Below are positions 27,996-38,931 of a DNA stretch of 64,000 nucleotides, piece by piece. A model generated the notes under the pieces. The model worked only from the letters and a program-made list of their open reading frames with translations, did no database searches and was not told the DNA's origin. The translations under genes and the position numbers were made by a program. Numbering within the stretch: the stretch's first letter is position 1; each line of letters begins with the position of its first letter. This DNA comes from an uncultured Chloroflexia bacterium (GTDB lineage Bacteria; Chloroflexota; Limnocylindria; QHBO01): contig CAWFCQ010000006.1 in the NCBI GenBank assembly GCA_963814375.1, positions 160,001 to 224,000 of the forward strand, in the 5' to 3' direction.

Positions 27996-29396
27996 TCACT
28001 CGTGAGGCTCGCGAGGATCGCCGGAGCCCGGTAGCTCCGCCTCCTCACGCGGTGTCGCGTCGCGGCGCGCCGGCCGTGACCTGGTCACCGCCTCGATGCC
28101 GGTCTGCACGACCTGGGTGACGGGCTGGATGATCACCGGCTCGATGATCTCGGTGCGGACCTGGCGCACGGTCTGAACCAGGATGTCGCCGAAGGCGACC
28201 GCCGCACCGAGCGCCAGGGCGGTGGCGACCGCGGTGGAGAGCAGGATCAGGCCTTCGCTCGCACTCGGCGCCAGCATCCCGTTCACGATGAGCAGCCCGG
28301 GCAGCAGCGGCAGTGATGCGGGGACGACCCACAGCACGACCGGGGCATCCGCCCGCCGCGCGAGGAGGCGTCCGAGGGCGCCGACCGCGACTCCGGCGAG
28401 TGCGGTGGCCACGACGCCACCGGCGCCGAGCGGCGAAGTGAGGAGGAAGACCGCCCAGCCCAGCGCCCCGAGGAGGCTGGCGGTGAGCAGCGCCGAGCGT
28501 GGTTCGCCGAGGCGGACCGCCCAGAACCCGCAGGCCAGGGCAGCGGCGAGGACCTGGATCGCGGGCTGTCCGGTGCCGATGCTCGCGCCGACCTCGAGGC
28601 TGACGCCGAACTCGCTCGCGATCCCGATGCCGATGGCGGTGCCCACGGCCACTGCCGCGCCCAGGAAGAATGCCTCGGCCATCCGGGCGGACCCGCTGAT
28701 GATCGACTGGTCGATGAGGTCCCGCATCCCGGCCACCAGCGCGGCACCCGGCAGGAATCGCAGCAGGCTGCCGGTCAGGACGAGCGCCGCGTCGATCGGG
28801 GTTCCGAGCGCCACGGCCACGGCAACCAGGATCGACGACACGAGTGGCCCGATCAGGCTGCGGAAGAACGGCGGGAGCCCCGAGCGGTCGAGGCGCACGA
28901 CGATGGGTTGGACGAAGGCGCCGATGACCAGGGTCGCAAGCGCGTCGAGCGCGGAGCCGCCGAAGAGGAGCGTGGAGGCCGCGGCGGATCCGGCCTGCGC
29001 CAGGCTGGTGAAGGGCTCGGGCCAGGCCGTGTCGAGCGAAACGATGCGCTCGATCTCGTTCACCGCCCCGGACAGGTCGCTCTGGCCGGCGCGCAGGTCG
29101 CGCACCAGGTGCGCGGCGGCGGACAGCCGCCGGTAATCGGTCACCCGCTCGGGCACCAGCTGCATGGCCGTGACCGGCTGGGTTCCGGCTCCGGGGAAGT
29201 ACGAGAGCCAGATGGTGCCGAACGAGACGACCGCCGTCGTGCGGGTCAGACCGAGGGCGCCGGCCGCGCTGCGCATGGCGCGCTCGACATCGTCGGTGGG
29301 GGAGCCGGCGCCGAGCATGACCGCGCCGAGCCGGAGCACCACCTCCACGGCGAGGCTCGCATCGGCGGGCCCGTCTTCGCGCGCCGGCGGGCTCAT
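27996..29396 (-). CDS. Threonine/serine exporter family protein (ThrE + ThrE_2)
   Basis: G..MLGAGSPTDDVE, LLFGGS, FLPGAALVAGMRDL, PLLPG; about 10 TM helices. Confidence 0.88.
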   Translation of the reverse strand: MSPPAREDGPADASLAVEVVLRLGAVMLGAGSPTDDVERAMRSAAGALGLTRTTAVVSFGTIWLSYFPGAGTQPVTAMQLVPERVTDYRRLSAAAHLVRDLRAGQSDLSGAVNEIERIVSLDTAWPEPFTSLAQAGSAAASTLLFGGSALDALATLVIGAFVQPIVVRLDRSGLPPFFRSLIGPLVSSILVAVAVALGTPIDAALVLTGSLLRFLPGAALVAGMRDLIDQSIISGSARMAEAFFLGAAVAVGTAIGIGIASEFGVSLEVGASIGTGQPAIQVLAAALACGFWAVRLGEPRSALLTASLLGALGWAVFLLTSPLGAGGVVATALAGVAVGALGRLLARRADAPVVLWVVPASLPLLPGLLIVNGMLAPSASEGLILLSTAVATALALGAAVAFGDILVQTVRQVRTEIIEPVIIQPVTQVVQTGIEAVTRSRPARRDATPREEAELPGSGDPREPHE

Positions 29397-29490
29397 CTGC
29401 CGATAGTCCCTCGTCGTCCATCCGGCCGCCTCGACGAGGCGATCCTCTCCGATACGTTAGCCGATCGGGCATCCGACCTCGGACGCGCCC

Positions 29491-29571
29491 GTCGACGCGG
29501 TCGAGGGCCTGGCCGCCGTGCTCCATCCGGGCGCCGGGATTCGGCCGCGGCCCGACCTGGTCATCGAGCGG
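29491..29571 (+). pseudogene. Possible C-terminal remnant of a BtuF-like ABC substrate-binding protein
   Basis: VDAVEGLAAVLHP resembles the RPGPRxVDxxExLAxxLHP C-terminus; high GC3; no start. Confidence 0.35.
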
Positions 29572-29600
29572 CCGATGGACGAGGCCGGACCCTCGGCCCG

Positions 29601-29786
29601 GCATCGATCGCGATCCATCGCGCCCGATGCACCGGCAGCCCAATCGAGGTGCTGATCCCGCGATCCATCGCGGCCTGACACGCACGAGCAGCACCCGCAG
29701 GTGCGCCTCAGGCGTGCCCGTTCGCGATCCATCACGGGAATGCAGCCTCAGGTGGACCTCTGGTGAATCCATCGCGATCCGTCGAG
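29601..29786. repeat. Cluster of palindromic CGCGATCCATCGCG-like repeats (REP-like)
   Basis: Copies at 29609, 29659, 29723 (1 mismatch) and overlapping partial copies at 29767/29773. Confidence 0.6.
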
Positions 29787-29861
29787 CCGGCGCCAGCCTC
29801 GAGGGCTCGTCCGGCGGCGAGGCGGGCACCGCCGGGGCCGAGCCGGTAGCATTCCGCCCAC

Positions 29862-32843
29862 ATGTCAAGTTGGTTCGATCGGCTCCTCGAGGAGCTGCAG
29901 CGCCGCCAGGAGGAGGAGGACGCCCGGAAGCACGGGCGCCCCTACGAGCGGCCGCCGCGCAGCGAGCGCAACGTCACGCCCATCGACGACGGGCCCCGCG
30001 CCGATCGCAAGGGCCACAACGGCGGGGGTCCGCCGGTCGCACGGCCGATCATGGGCGGTGATCTGCCGTGGCGGCGATGGATCCTCATCGGTGGCGGCAT
30101 CGTCGGGGCGATCATCCTGCTCGGCCTGCTCGGCGGGGCGGTGAACCTCATCACCGACGTGATGTGGTACGACGCGCTCGGGCGCCGGGACGTCTTCCAG
30201 ACCAGGCTGTGGTCGCAGGTCGCCCTCTTCGCCATCGGCTTTACCGCGATGCTCGTGCTGGCGCTCGTCAGCCTCTGGATCGCGCGCCGAATCGTGCCGC
30301 AGGCGCCGGTCCGGCAGCTCGGCGGCTTCGAGATGCCCGACGCCTCGCGCTTCATCGGCGCCGGGCTGGTGATCGTCACGGTGCTGCTGGCGCTCGGCAG
30401 CGGGGCCGCCTGGAGCGGGGCGTGGGAGACGATCCTGCTCTTCTTCAACGGCCAGGAGTGGGGCACCACCGATCCGACGCTCGGCCGCGACATCGGCTTC
30501 TACGTCTTCGACCTGCCCTTCTGGCGCTTCCTGCTCGGATGGGCCTCGACGACGCTCATCGTGATCGGGCTCCTGACCCTGGCAACGTACGCGGCGCGCG
30601 CGCTGCGCTGGCAGTTCCACCTTTCGGCCCCGGTGCGGGCGCACCTGTCCGTCATCGGCGCGCTCCTTCTGCTGGTCATCGCGGCCGGCTACCAGCTCGA
30701 CATAGCCGAGCTGGCCTATTCGGTAGGCGGACCGAACGACTCGGTCCACGCCGCTCTTTACACCGACATGAATGCGCGCCTGCCCGCCTTCGTCATCCTC
30801 ACCGTCGTGGCGGTGGTCGCCGCCATCCTCCTCTTCCTCAACACCTGGTTCCGGACCCTGTGGCTGCTGGGCCTGGCGGCCGGGGCGTGGCTGGTGCTGT
30901 CGGTCGTCGTCGGCGGCCTCTACCCGACCTTCGTCCAGGCCGTGATCGTCAATCCGAACGAGCTCAACGTGGAGCGGCCGTATCTCGTCAACCACATCGC
31001 CGCAACGCGCACCGCCTTCGATCTCGACGCGATCGAGGTCCGCAGCTTCACCGGGGAGCAGGAGATCACCCGCGAGGTCTTCGAGGAGGATGCGGCCACG
31101 ATCGACAACCTCCGCCTGTGGGACTACCGGCCGTTGCTCATCACCTTCGGCCAGGACCAGATCCTGCGGCGCTACTACGACTTCCTCGACGTCGACATCG
31201 ACCGCTATCCGATCGGCGAGGAGAACCGCCAGATCATGCTCAGCGCGCGTGAGCTCGACGTCGAGAAGCTGGCCGAGAACGCGCGCACCTGGACGAACGA
31301 GACCCTCGTCTACACCCACGGCTACGGCATCACCGCGGTTCCGGTCGACGCGGTGACAGATCGCGGCACGCCGGACTATCTCGTGAGCGGCATCAACACC
31401 GAGCCGCAGCTGCCGGTCGGCGAGCCCCGCATCTACTTCGGCGAGGCGACCGACACCTACGTCGTCACCGGCACCAACACCGACGAGTTCGACTACCCGC
31501 TCGAGAGCGAGGCGGAGGGCGGCGAGACCGGGGCCACGACGACGTGGGAGGGATCGACCGGCGTCGGGATCGGCAACCTGCTCCAGCGCGCCCTCTTCGC
31601 GCTGCGCTTCGGCGACTTCAACCTGCTCATCAGCAACCAGCTGACCGATGACTCGCAGATCCTCTTCCGCCGCGACATCGAGGAGCGCGTGCGTGAGATC
31701 GCTCCGTTCCTGAGCTACGACCGCGACCCGTACCTGGTGAGCGCCGCGGACCGGCTGGTATGGGTGTGGGACGCGTACACCGCCACCGACCGCTTCCCGA
31801 ACGCTCAGCCGCTGCCGGAGGGCACGCAGATCGCCGGCGCCAACTACGTGCGCAACAGCGTCAAGGTCATCGTCGACGCCTACGACGGCACCGTCCGCTT
31901 CTATCTCTCCGATCCGGACGAGCCGATCGTGGCCGCCTACTCGCGGATCTTCCCCGGGCTCTTCGAGCCGGTCGACGCAATGCCCGACGAGCTGGTCGAG
32001 CACCTGCGCTATCCGGAGGATCTCTTCACCGCGCAGAACGAGACGTACCGGCTGTACCACCTGCCCGCGACCGAGAACGGCGCGACCACCTACTACAACC
32101 AGGACGACCGCTGGGCGATCCCGGAGGACGTCTCGACCGGCACCGGTGAGCCGATGGAGCCGTACTACGTCACGATGCGGATCCCGGGCGAGGAATCGGC
32201 CGAGTTCGTCCTCATCCAGCCGATGGTGCCCGAGGGGCGCGCAAACATGATCGCCTGGGTCGCGGCACGGATGGACCCCGGCGTTTACGGCGAGCGGATC
32301 GCCTTCCGCTTCCCGACCGACACGTCGACGCAGGGCCCCGCGCAGATCGAGGCGCGGATCGACCAGAACGACACGATCGCGGCGCAGTTCGGCGTGTGGC
32401 AGCGCTCCGGCTCGGACATCATCCGCGGCAACCTGCTCGTCCTGCCCATCGGGGATGATGGGCTCTTCTACGTCGAGCCGATCTTCCTCCAGGCCGCCGA
32501 TGCCCCATTCCCCGAGTTCGTCCGCGTGATCATGGTCGACCAGGAGCGCGTCGCCTTCGCCGAGGACGTCGAGGACGGGCTGCGCCAGCTGCTGGGCGAG
32601 GCCGAGCCGCCACCGGTCGAGGAGCCCGAGGAGCCGTCGCCGTCACCATCGCCGGGCGAGTCTCCGGCTCCTGAGCCCTCCGGCGAGCTGCCCGACGACG
32701 TCAACGCGCTCGTGGCAGAGGCCCAGCGCCTCTACGACGCGGCGCAGGACGCGCTGGCGCGTGGCGACCTGGGCACCTACCAGGAGCGTATCGACGAGCT
32801 CGCCGCGGTGCTCGACCGCCTCGAGGAGCTGACGGGGCAGTAG
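29862..32843 (+). CDS. UPF0182 family membrane protein
   Basis: DPTLGRDIGFYVFDLP, NLRLWD, DVDIDRY, LVYTHGYG, NYVRNSVK..VDAYDG, HLRYPEDLF, GNLLVLP. Confidence 0.95.
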   Translation: MSSWFDRLLEELQRRQEEEDARKHGRPYERPPRSERNVTPIDDGPRADRKGHNGGGPPVARPIMGGDLPWRRWILIGGGIVGAIILLGLLGGAVNLITDVMWYDALGRRDVFQTRLWSQVALFAIGFTAMLVLALVSLWIARRIVPQAPVRQLGGFEMPDASRFIGAGLVIVTVLLALGSGAAWSGAWETILLFFNGQEWGTTDPTLGRDIGFYVFDLPFWRFLLGWASTTLIVIGLLTLATYAARALRWQFHLSAPVRAHLSVIGALLLLVIAAGYQLDIAELAYSVGGPNDSVHAALYTDMNARLPAFVILTVVAVVAAILLFLNTWFRTLWLLGLAAGAWLVLSVVVGGLYPTFVQAVIVNPNELNVERPYLVNHIAATRTAFDLDAIEVRSFTGEQEITREVFEEDAATIDNLRLWDYRPLLITFGQDQILRRYYDFLDVDIDRYPIGEENRQIMLSARELDVEKLAENARTWTNETLVYTHGYGITAVPVDAVTDRGTPDYLVSGINTEPQLPVGEPRIYFGEATDTYVVTGTNTDEFDYPLESEAEGGETGATTTWEGSTGVGIGNLLQRALFALRFGDFNLLISNQLTDDSQILFRRDIEERVREIAPFLSYDRDPYLVSAADRLVWVWDAYTATDRFPNAQPLPEGTQIAGANYVRNSVKVIVDAYDGTVRFYLSDPDEPIVAAYSRIFPGLFEPVDAMPDELVEHLRYPEDLFTAQNETYRLYHLPATENGATTYYNQDDRWAIPEDVSTGTGEPMEPYYVTMRIPGEESAEFVLIQPMVPEGRANMIAWVAARMDPGVYGERIAFRFPTDTSTQGPAQIEARIDQNDTIAAQFGVWQRSGSDIIRGNLLVLPIGDDGLFYVEPIFLQAADAPFPEFVRVIMVDQERVAFAEDVEDGLRQLLGEAEPPPVEEPEEPSPSPSPGESPAPEPSGELPDDVNALVAEAQRLYDAAQDALARGDLGTYQERIDELAAVLDRLEELTGQ

Positions 32844-32861
32844 CCGCCCTAGACTCGCGCG

Positions 32862-34172
32862 GTGGACATTCTTGTTCTCGGCGCAGGCGGGCGCGAGCAC
32901 GCACTGGCGTGGCGCCTCGCCCGCGACGAGAGCGTGCGGTCCGTCCGCATCGCGCCGGGCAACGGCGGCACGGCGGCGGTGGGCGCGGCGATCGCCGACC
33001 TCGACATCACCGATCCGATGGCGGTCGCGCGTCACGCCGCGCGGGAGCGGTACGGGCTCGTCGTCATCGGACCCGAGGCTCCCCTCGCGATGGGCGTGGC
33101 GGACGAGCTCACCGCGGCGCGCGTCCCGACCTTCGGGCCGGCCCGCGCCGCGGCACGCCTCGAGTCGAGCAAGGCCTTCGCAAAGCGGCAGATGGAGCGG
33201 GCCGGGGTGCCGACCGCGCCATCGGCTTCGTTCACCGATGCGGAGGCGGCGCTGGCGCACGTCCGAGCCGGCGAGCGGCCGCCGGTGGTGAAGGCGGACT
33301 GGCTGGCGGCGGGCAAGGGCGTCGTCGTGCCCGACACGATGGAGGAGGCGGAAGGGGCCGTCCGCGACCTCTTCGCCGCGACCGCGGCCGGGGCGCGCGT
33401 CGTGCTCGAGGATCGCCTCTACGGGCGCGAGGTCAGCGCGTTCGCGCTCGTCAGCGGGACGACGGTGGCGCCGCTGGCCGCCGCCTGCGACTACAAGCGG
33501 CTCGACGACGGCGACGCCGGGCCGAACACCGGCGGGATGGGCGCGTACGCCCCGGTGCCGTGGTTCGGATCCGATGCGCTCGAGCGAACCGTCGCCGAAG
33601 TCATCGAGCCGATCGCGTGGCGGATGGCGCGCGATGGCACCCCCTACCGCGGAGTGCTCTACGCCGGCCTGATCCTCACCGCCGACGGACCGATGGTGCT
33701 CGAGTTCAACGCCCGCTTCGGCGACCCGGAGGCGCAGGTGCTGCTGCCGATGCTCGACGGTGATCTCGCGCACGCGCTGCTCGGCTGCGCCACTGGCGAC
33801 CGTGGCCTGATGGAGGGCTCGGTCCGTCCGCGCTCGGGGTCGGCCGTCAGCGTCGTCGTGGCCGCCGAGGGCTATCCCGATGCGCCGATCACCGGCCGTG
33901 CGATCGAGGGAGCCGAGCCCGCCACGCCCGGGGACGACGGCGACGTGCTGTTCTTCCACGCCGGGACGCGCCGGACGTCCGCCGGGTACGAGTCGATTGG
34001 CGGGCGGGTGGTGACCGTCGTCGGCAGGGGGGCCACGCTGGCCGATGCCCGCGAGGCCGCCTATCGGGGCGTCGGCGAGGTGCGCCTCGAGGGAGGCCGA
34101 TTCCGGACCGACATCGCGGACCGCGAGCTACATCGTGACGATGGGAAGGAGCTCGGCGAAGAGGCCGGGTGA
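32862..34172 (+). CDS. purD: Phosphoribosylamine-glycine ligase
   Basis: LGAGGREHALAW, PGNGG, IGPEAPL, LESSKAFAK, LAAGKGV, GPNTGGMG, EFNARFGDPE. Confidence 0.97.
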   Translation: MDILVLGAGGREHALAWRLARDESVRSVRIAPGNGGTAAVGAAIADLDITDPMAVARHAARERYGLVVIGPEAPLAMGVADELTAARVPTFGPARAAARLESSKAFAKRQMERAGVPTAPSASFTDAEAALAHVRAGERPPVVKADWLAAGKGVVVPDTMEEAEGAVRDLFAATAAGARVVLEDRLYGREVSAFALVSGTTVAPLAAACDYKRLDDGDAGPNTGGMGAYAPVPWFGSDALERTVAEVIEPIAWRMARDGTPYRGVLYAGLILTADGPMVLEFNARFGDPEAQVLLPMLDGDLAHALLGCATGDRGLMEGSVRPRSGSAVSVVVAAEGYPDAPITGRAIEGAEPATPGDDGDVLFFHAGTRRTSAGYESIGGRVVTVVGRGATLADAREAAYRGVGEVRLEGGRFRTDIADRELHRDDGKELGEEAG

Positions 34173-34475
34173 CCGCGGCACCCGCTCAAGCATCGACGTC
34201 GCCGCATCAGCCGATGCGGCCTCGATGACGTAGAAGCCGCCGAGGGCCTCCTTGGACTCGAGGAACGGTCCATCGGTCACGAGGAGCTCGCTTCCGTCGA
34301 AGCGAACCGTACGCGCCTGCTCGGGAGGGCCAAGCGCCTCGCTCGCCACGAGCGCGCCGCCCTCGCGCAGGAATGTGGCGAAGGCGAAGTGCTGGTCGAG
34401 AATCGCGCGCCGATCGTCGGGCGAGAGGGCCGCCTCGGCCTCGGCGTCGCCGTGGAGGAGGAGCAGGAACTTCAC
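34128..34475 (-). CDS. YciI family protein
   Basis: VKFLLLL...VTDGPFLESKEALGGFYVIEA. Confidence 0.88.
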   Translation of the reverse strand: MKFLLLLHGDAEAEAALSPDDRRAILDQHFAFATFLREGGALVASEALGPPEQARTVRFDGSELLVTDGPFLESKEALGGFYVIEAASADAATSMLERVPRSPGLFAELLPIVTM

Positions 34476-34507
34476 TGATCGCCTCGCATCTGCTGATTTC
34501 GTCACGA

Positions 34508-34541
34508 TCTGACGACGAACGGCCGGGGGCCGGATCGACCG
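34508..34541 (-). promoter_or_regulatory. Putative ECF-sigma promoter (GTCGA...TTCGTC) upstream of yciI
   Basis: Minus strand GGTCGATCCGGCCCCCGGCCGTTCGTCGTC resembles the promoter motif typical of YciI/ECF loci. Confidence 0.5.
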
Positions 34542-34567
34542 GCATCGGCCGACTATCCTTGATCGCG

Positions 34568-35053
34568 ATGCCCGCCGTCGCCGTCATCTGCGGCTCCCGC
34601 TCCGATCTGCCCGCCCTGAAGGGCTGCTTCGATGCGCTCGATGACTACGGCATCAGCTGGGAGGCATCGGTCATCAGCGCCCACCGCCAGGCCGATGCGC
34701 TGCATGCCTACGTCGCCGAGGCCGAGTCCTCCGGCGTGCAGCTCTTCATCGGCGCCGCCGGACTGGCCGCTCACCTGCCGGGGGTGCTCGCCAGCCTGAC
34801 GGCGCGGCCGGTGATCGGCATTCCGCTCGATGGCGGCTCGCTCGGCGGAGCCGATGCGCTCTACGCCGTCGTCCAGATGCCGCCCGGAGTTCCGGTGGCC
34901 ACCGTCGCCATCGGCAGCGCGGGCGCGAAGAACGCGGCCCACCTGGCGGCCCGCATCCTCGCCCTCGCCGACGCTGCACTTGCCGAGCGCGTGGCCACCT
35001 TCCGCCAGGAGCAGGCTTCACGGGCGGAGCTTCGCGTCGACCCGCGGGGATGA
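34568..35053 (+). CDS. purE: N5-CAIR mutase
   Basis: GSRSD, SAHR, AGLAAHLPG, VQMPPGVPVATV, NAA. Confidence 0.96.
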   Translation: MPAVAVICGSRSDLPALKGCFDALDDYGISWEASVISAHRQADALHAYVAEAESSGVQLFIGAAGLAAHLPGVLASLTARPVIGIPLDGGSLGGADALYAVVQMPPGVPVATVAIGSAGAKNAAHLAARILALADAALAERVATFRQEQASRAELRVDPRG

Positions 35054-35054
35054 C

Positions 35055-36362
<1,308 letters not shown>

Positions 36363-36374
36363 TCGACGCCGACC

Positions 36375-37265
36375 ATGCGACGCTGGCTGGCTGACGCCCG
36401 CGAGGCGGCCGACGAGGTCGCCGGGCGACCCACGCTGTGGCTGCCGGGCGCGCTGGCATGGGTCCTCACATTCGGATGGCTTGCGCTGCTGATCGGCGTG
36501 GCCACGCCGCCGACGACCGCGGAGCTGACCTTCATCGGAGCACGGCTGGTGACCTCCGGCGCGTGGCCGTGGAATGCCGTTGCCATCGCGGCCGGCGCGG
36601 CGGTGCTGGTGGTGGCCATCTTCATGGTGTGCGGGGCGGTGGAAGCCGTGCTCGTTCGTGGCCCACGCGCGACCCTGGCCGATGCGGTGCGGGTGGCGGC
36701 GCTCGGCATGGTCTGCGCCGTGCCGGCGGTCGTCGGTGTCTTCGCGCTCGCCGCCGTGGCCCCGGCCGTCCTCCAGGCCGAGTTCAACGCCCCCGCCGGG
36801 ATCGCCCCGCTGCTGCGCAGCGCCGAGCGCCTCGGACCGCTGCTGGTGGCGATCGTCCTTGCCTGGGTCGTCGGCGCGGGCTTCCACGCCGCTGCGGCTC
36901 GGGTGACGCTGGGCGGCCGCGGCGTGCGTGCGTCCCTCGTAGGCGCCCCGACAGTGCTCGCCCGACCCGGAATCGCGGCGCCCGTGCAGGCCGCCGTCCT
37001 CTTCGCCGCCAAGACGGTCTATCTCGTCGTCGCGGCGATGCTGCTGCGGGTCCTGTGGGATCCGATCGGCGCCCGGCTGGCGAGTGACGGGATGGGCCCC
37101 TCGAGCCTCCTGCTGCTGGTAGGCTTCGTGGCGATCTGGCTCTGCCTCGTCCTCGGCGGCGGTGCCCTCCACGCGTGGGGATCGGTGTCGTGGTCGCGCG
37201 TGCTGCGTCTCCGGAGCGCAGCCGGGGGGCCGGTCGCTCAGATGGAGACGCATCGCCGATCGTGA
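36375..37265 (+). CDS. Hypothetical polytopic membrane protein
   Basis: About 6-7 hydrophobic segments; lies in the operon between purB and mgtC. Confidence 0.7.
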   Translation: MRRWLADAREAADEVAGRPTLWLPGALAWVLTFGWLALLIGVATPPTTAELTFIGARLVTSGAWPWNAVAIAAGAAVLVVAIFMVCGAVEAVLVRGPRATLADAVRVAALGMVCAVPAVVGVFALAAVAPAVLQAEFNAPAGIAPLLRSAERLGPLLVAIVLAWVVGAGFHAAAARVTLGGRGVRASLVGAPTVLARPGIAAPVQAAVLFAAKTVYLVVAAMLLRVLWDPIGARLASDGMGPSSLLLLVGFVAIWLCLVLGGGALHAWGSVSWSRVLRLRSAAGGPVAQMETHRRS

Positions 37266-37768
37266 ACCCGGACATCAGCCTCGGGATTCAGCTAGACCTC
37301 GCCCTTCGGATGACGGTGGCGCTCCTGCTGGGCGCGGTCATCGGCTTCGAGCGCGAGCTGCAGAGCCAGCCGGCCGGGTTCCGTACGCACAGCGTCGTGG
37401 CGCTCGGCGCCGCGATCTTCACGGTCGTCAGCGCCTTCGGATTCTCCGGCCCGGGCGCCGATCCGACGCGCATCGCGGCGCAGATCGTGTCAGGGATCGG
37501 GTTCATTGGCGCGGGGACCATCATCCAGTCACGAGGGCAGGTCCGCGGGCTGACGACCGCGGCCAGTCTGTGGTCGGTGGCGGCGGTAGGCATGGCGGCG
37601 GGGGCCGGCCTGTACGGAACGGCCGTGATCGCAACGATCCTGATGCTGATCATCCTGTCGCTCTTCGACTGGGCCGAGTCGCGCGCACGGCGCCGGCTGG
37701 GGCTGCAACCCGAGGAGAAGCGGCCGCCCGGCGTCGACTCGGACGCGAAAGAGAAGGAGACGACGTGA
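37262..37768 (+). CDS. MgtC/SapB family protein (N-terminal TM domain only)
   Basis: IGFERE, PAGFRTH, DPTRIAAQIVSGIGFIGAGTI, GLTTAASLW. Confidence 0.93.
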   Translation: MNPDISLGIQLDLALRMTVALLLGAVIGFERELQSQPAGFRTHSVVALGAAIFTVVSAFGFSGPGADPTRIAAQIVSGIGFIGAGTIIQSRGQVRGLTTAASLWSVAAVGMAAGAGLYGTAVIATILMLIILSLFDWAESRARRRLGLQPEEKRPPGVDSDAKEKETT

Positions 37769-38646
37769 CCCTGACAACGACGCATCTCGAAGGGCTGGAG
37801 CTCGTGCACAGCGGCAAGGTGCGCGAGACGTACGAGGTCGACGACAGCCACCTCCTCCTTGTCGCGACCGATCGCCTGAGCGCATTCGACGTTGTCTTCG
37901 ACCAGCCGATCCCGGAAAAGGGCGCCGTGCTGACCCGCCTGTCGACGTGGTGGTTCGAGCGGCTGGCTCACCTCGGGCCATCGCATCTCGTGACCGCGGA
38001 CCCGGCCGACCTGCCGGAGCCCGCTCGCACGTCGGAGCTCGAAGGGCGATCGATGCTCGTGCGTCGCGCGGATCGTGTTGATGCCGAATGCGTCGTTCGC
38101 GGCTACCTCGCCGGATCGGGCTGGGCCGAGTACCAGCGCACCGGCGCCGTGTCCGGCCACGGGCTTCCGGCGGGCCTGCGCGAGGCGGATCGGCTGCCCG
38201 AGCCGATCTTCACCCCCTCCACCAAGGCGGAGGTCGGACACGACGAGAACATCACGCGCGACCAGCTCGCCGACCTGGTCGGCGGCGACCTCGCTCGCCA
38301 GCTCGAGGAACGCTCGCTCGAGCTGTACCGGGAGGGAGCGCGCCATGCCGAGTCGGTCGGCCTCATCCTTGCGGATACCAAGTTCGAGTTCGGATTCATC
38401 GATGGGGCCCTCGCGGTGATCGACGAGGTCCTGACGCCCGACTCGAGCCGCTTCTGGGACGCTGAGCGCTACGCGCCCGGTTCGAGCCCGCCGAGCTTCG
38501 ACAAGCAGTTCGTGCGTGACTTCGTCGCCGCGTCCGGGTGGAACAAGGAGCCACCAGCGCCGACGCTGCCCGACGAGGTCATTGCCGGGACGCGCGATCG
38601 CTACGTCGCCGCCTACGAGCGGCTGACCGGCCGGGGCTGGGCCTGA
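37765..38646 (+). CDS. purC: SAICAR synthetase
   Basis: SGKVRE, TDRLSAFD, ECVVRGYLAGSG, FTPSTKA, ADTKFEFG, DEVLTPDSSRFW, DKQFVRD. Confidence 0.97.
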   Translation: MTLTTTHLEGLELVHSGKVRETYEVDDSHLLLVATDRLSAFDVVFDQPIPEKGAVLTRLSTWWFERLAHLGPSHLVTADPADLPEPARTSELEGRSMLVRRADRVDAECVVRGYLAGSGWAEYQRTGAVSGHGLPAGLREADRLPEPIFTPSTKAEVGHDENITRDQLADLVGGDLARQLEERSLELYREGARHAESVGLILADTKFEFGFIDGALAVIDEVLTPDSSRFWDAERYAPGSSPPSFDKQFVRDFVAASGWNKEPPAPTLPDEVIAGTRDRYVAAYERLTGRGWA

Positions 38647-38649
38647 TCG

Positions 38650-38931
38650 GTGCGCTGGACCGCCGAAGTCCACGTCGGCCTGCGTCCGGGCATCGCCGAT
38701 CCGGAGGGCCAGACGGTGGCGGCCGCCCTCCGTTCACTCGGGCACGCCTCGGTGAATGAGGTCCGCTTCGGCAAGCTGATGCGCATCTCGTTCGAGGCCG
38801 ACGACGCGACTTCCGCCGAGGCGGAGGTGGCCGAGATGTGCCGCCGGCTGCTCGCGAACCCGGTGATGGAGACGGCGACCTGGGAGATCTCTGCCGACGA
38901 GCAGGTCGGCATGGCCGAGGCTCTCCCGTGA
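38650..38931 (+). CDS. purS: FGAM synthase subunit PurS
   Basis: DPEG, VRFGK, MCRRLLANPVME. Confidence 0.95.
   Translation: MRWTAEVHVGLRPGIADPEGQTVAAALRSLGHASVNEVRFGKLMRISFEADDATSAEAEVAEMCRRLLANPVMETATWEISADEQVGMAEALP

Noticed and set aside
29601-29786. CRISPR array
   Set aside because: Repeats are 14 bp, degenerate and irregularly spaced; no cas genes.
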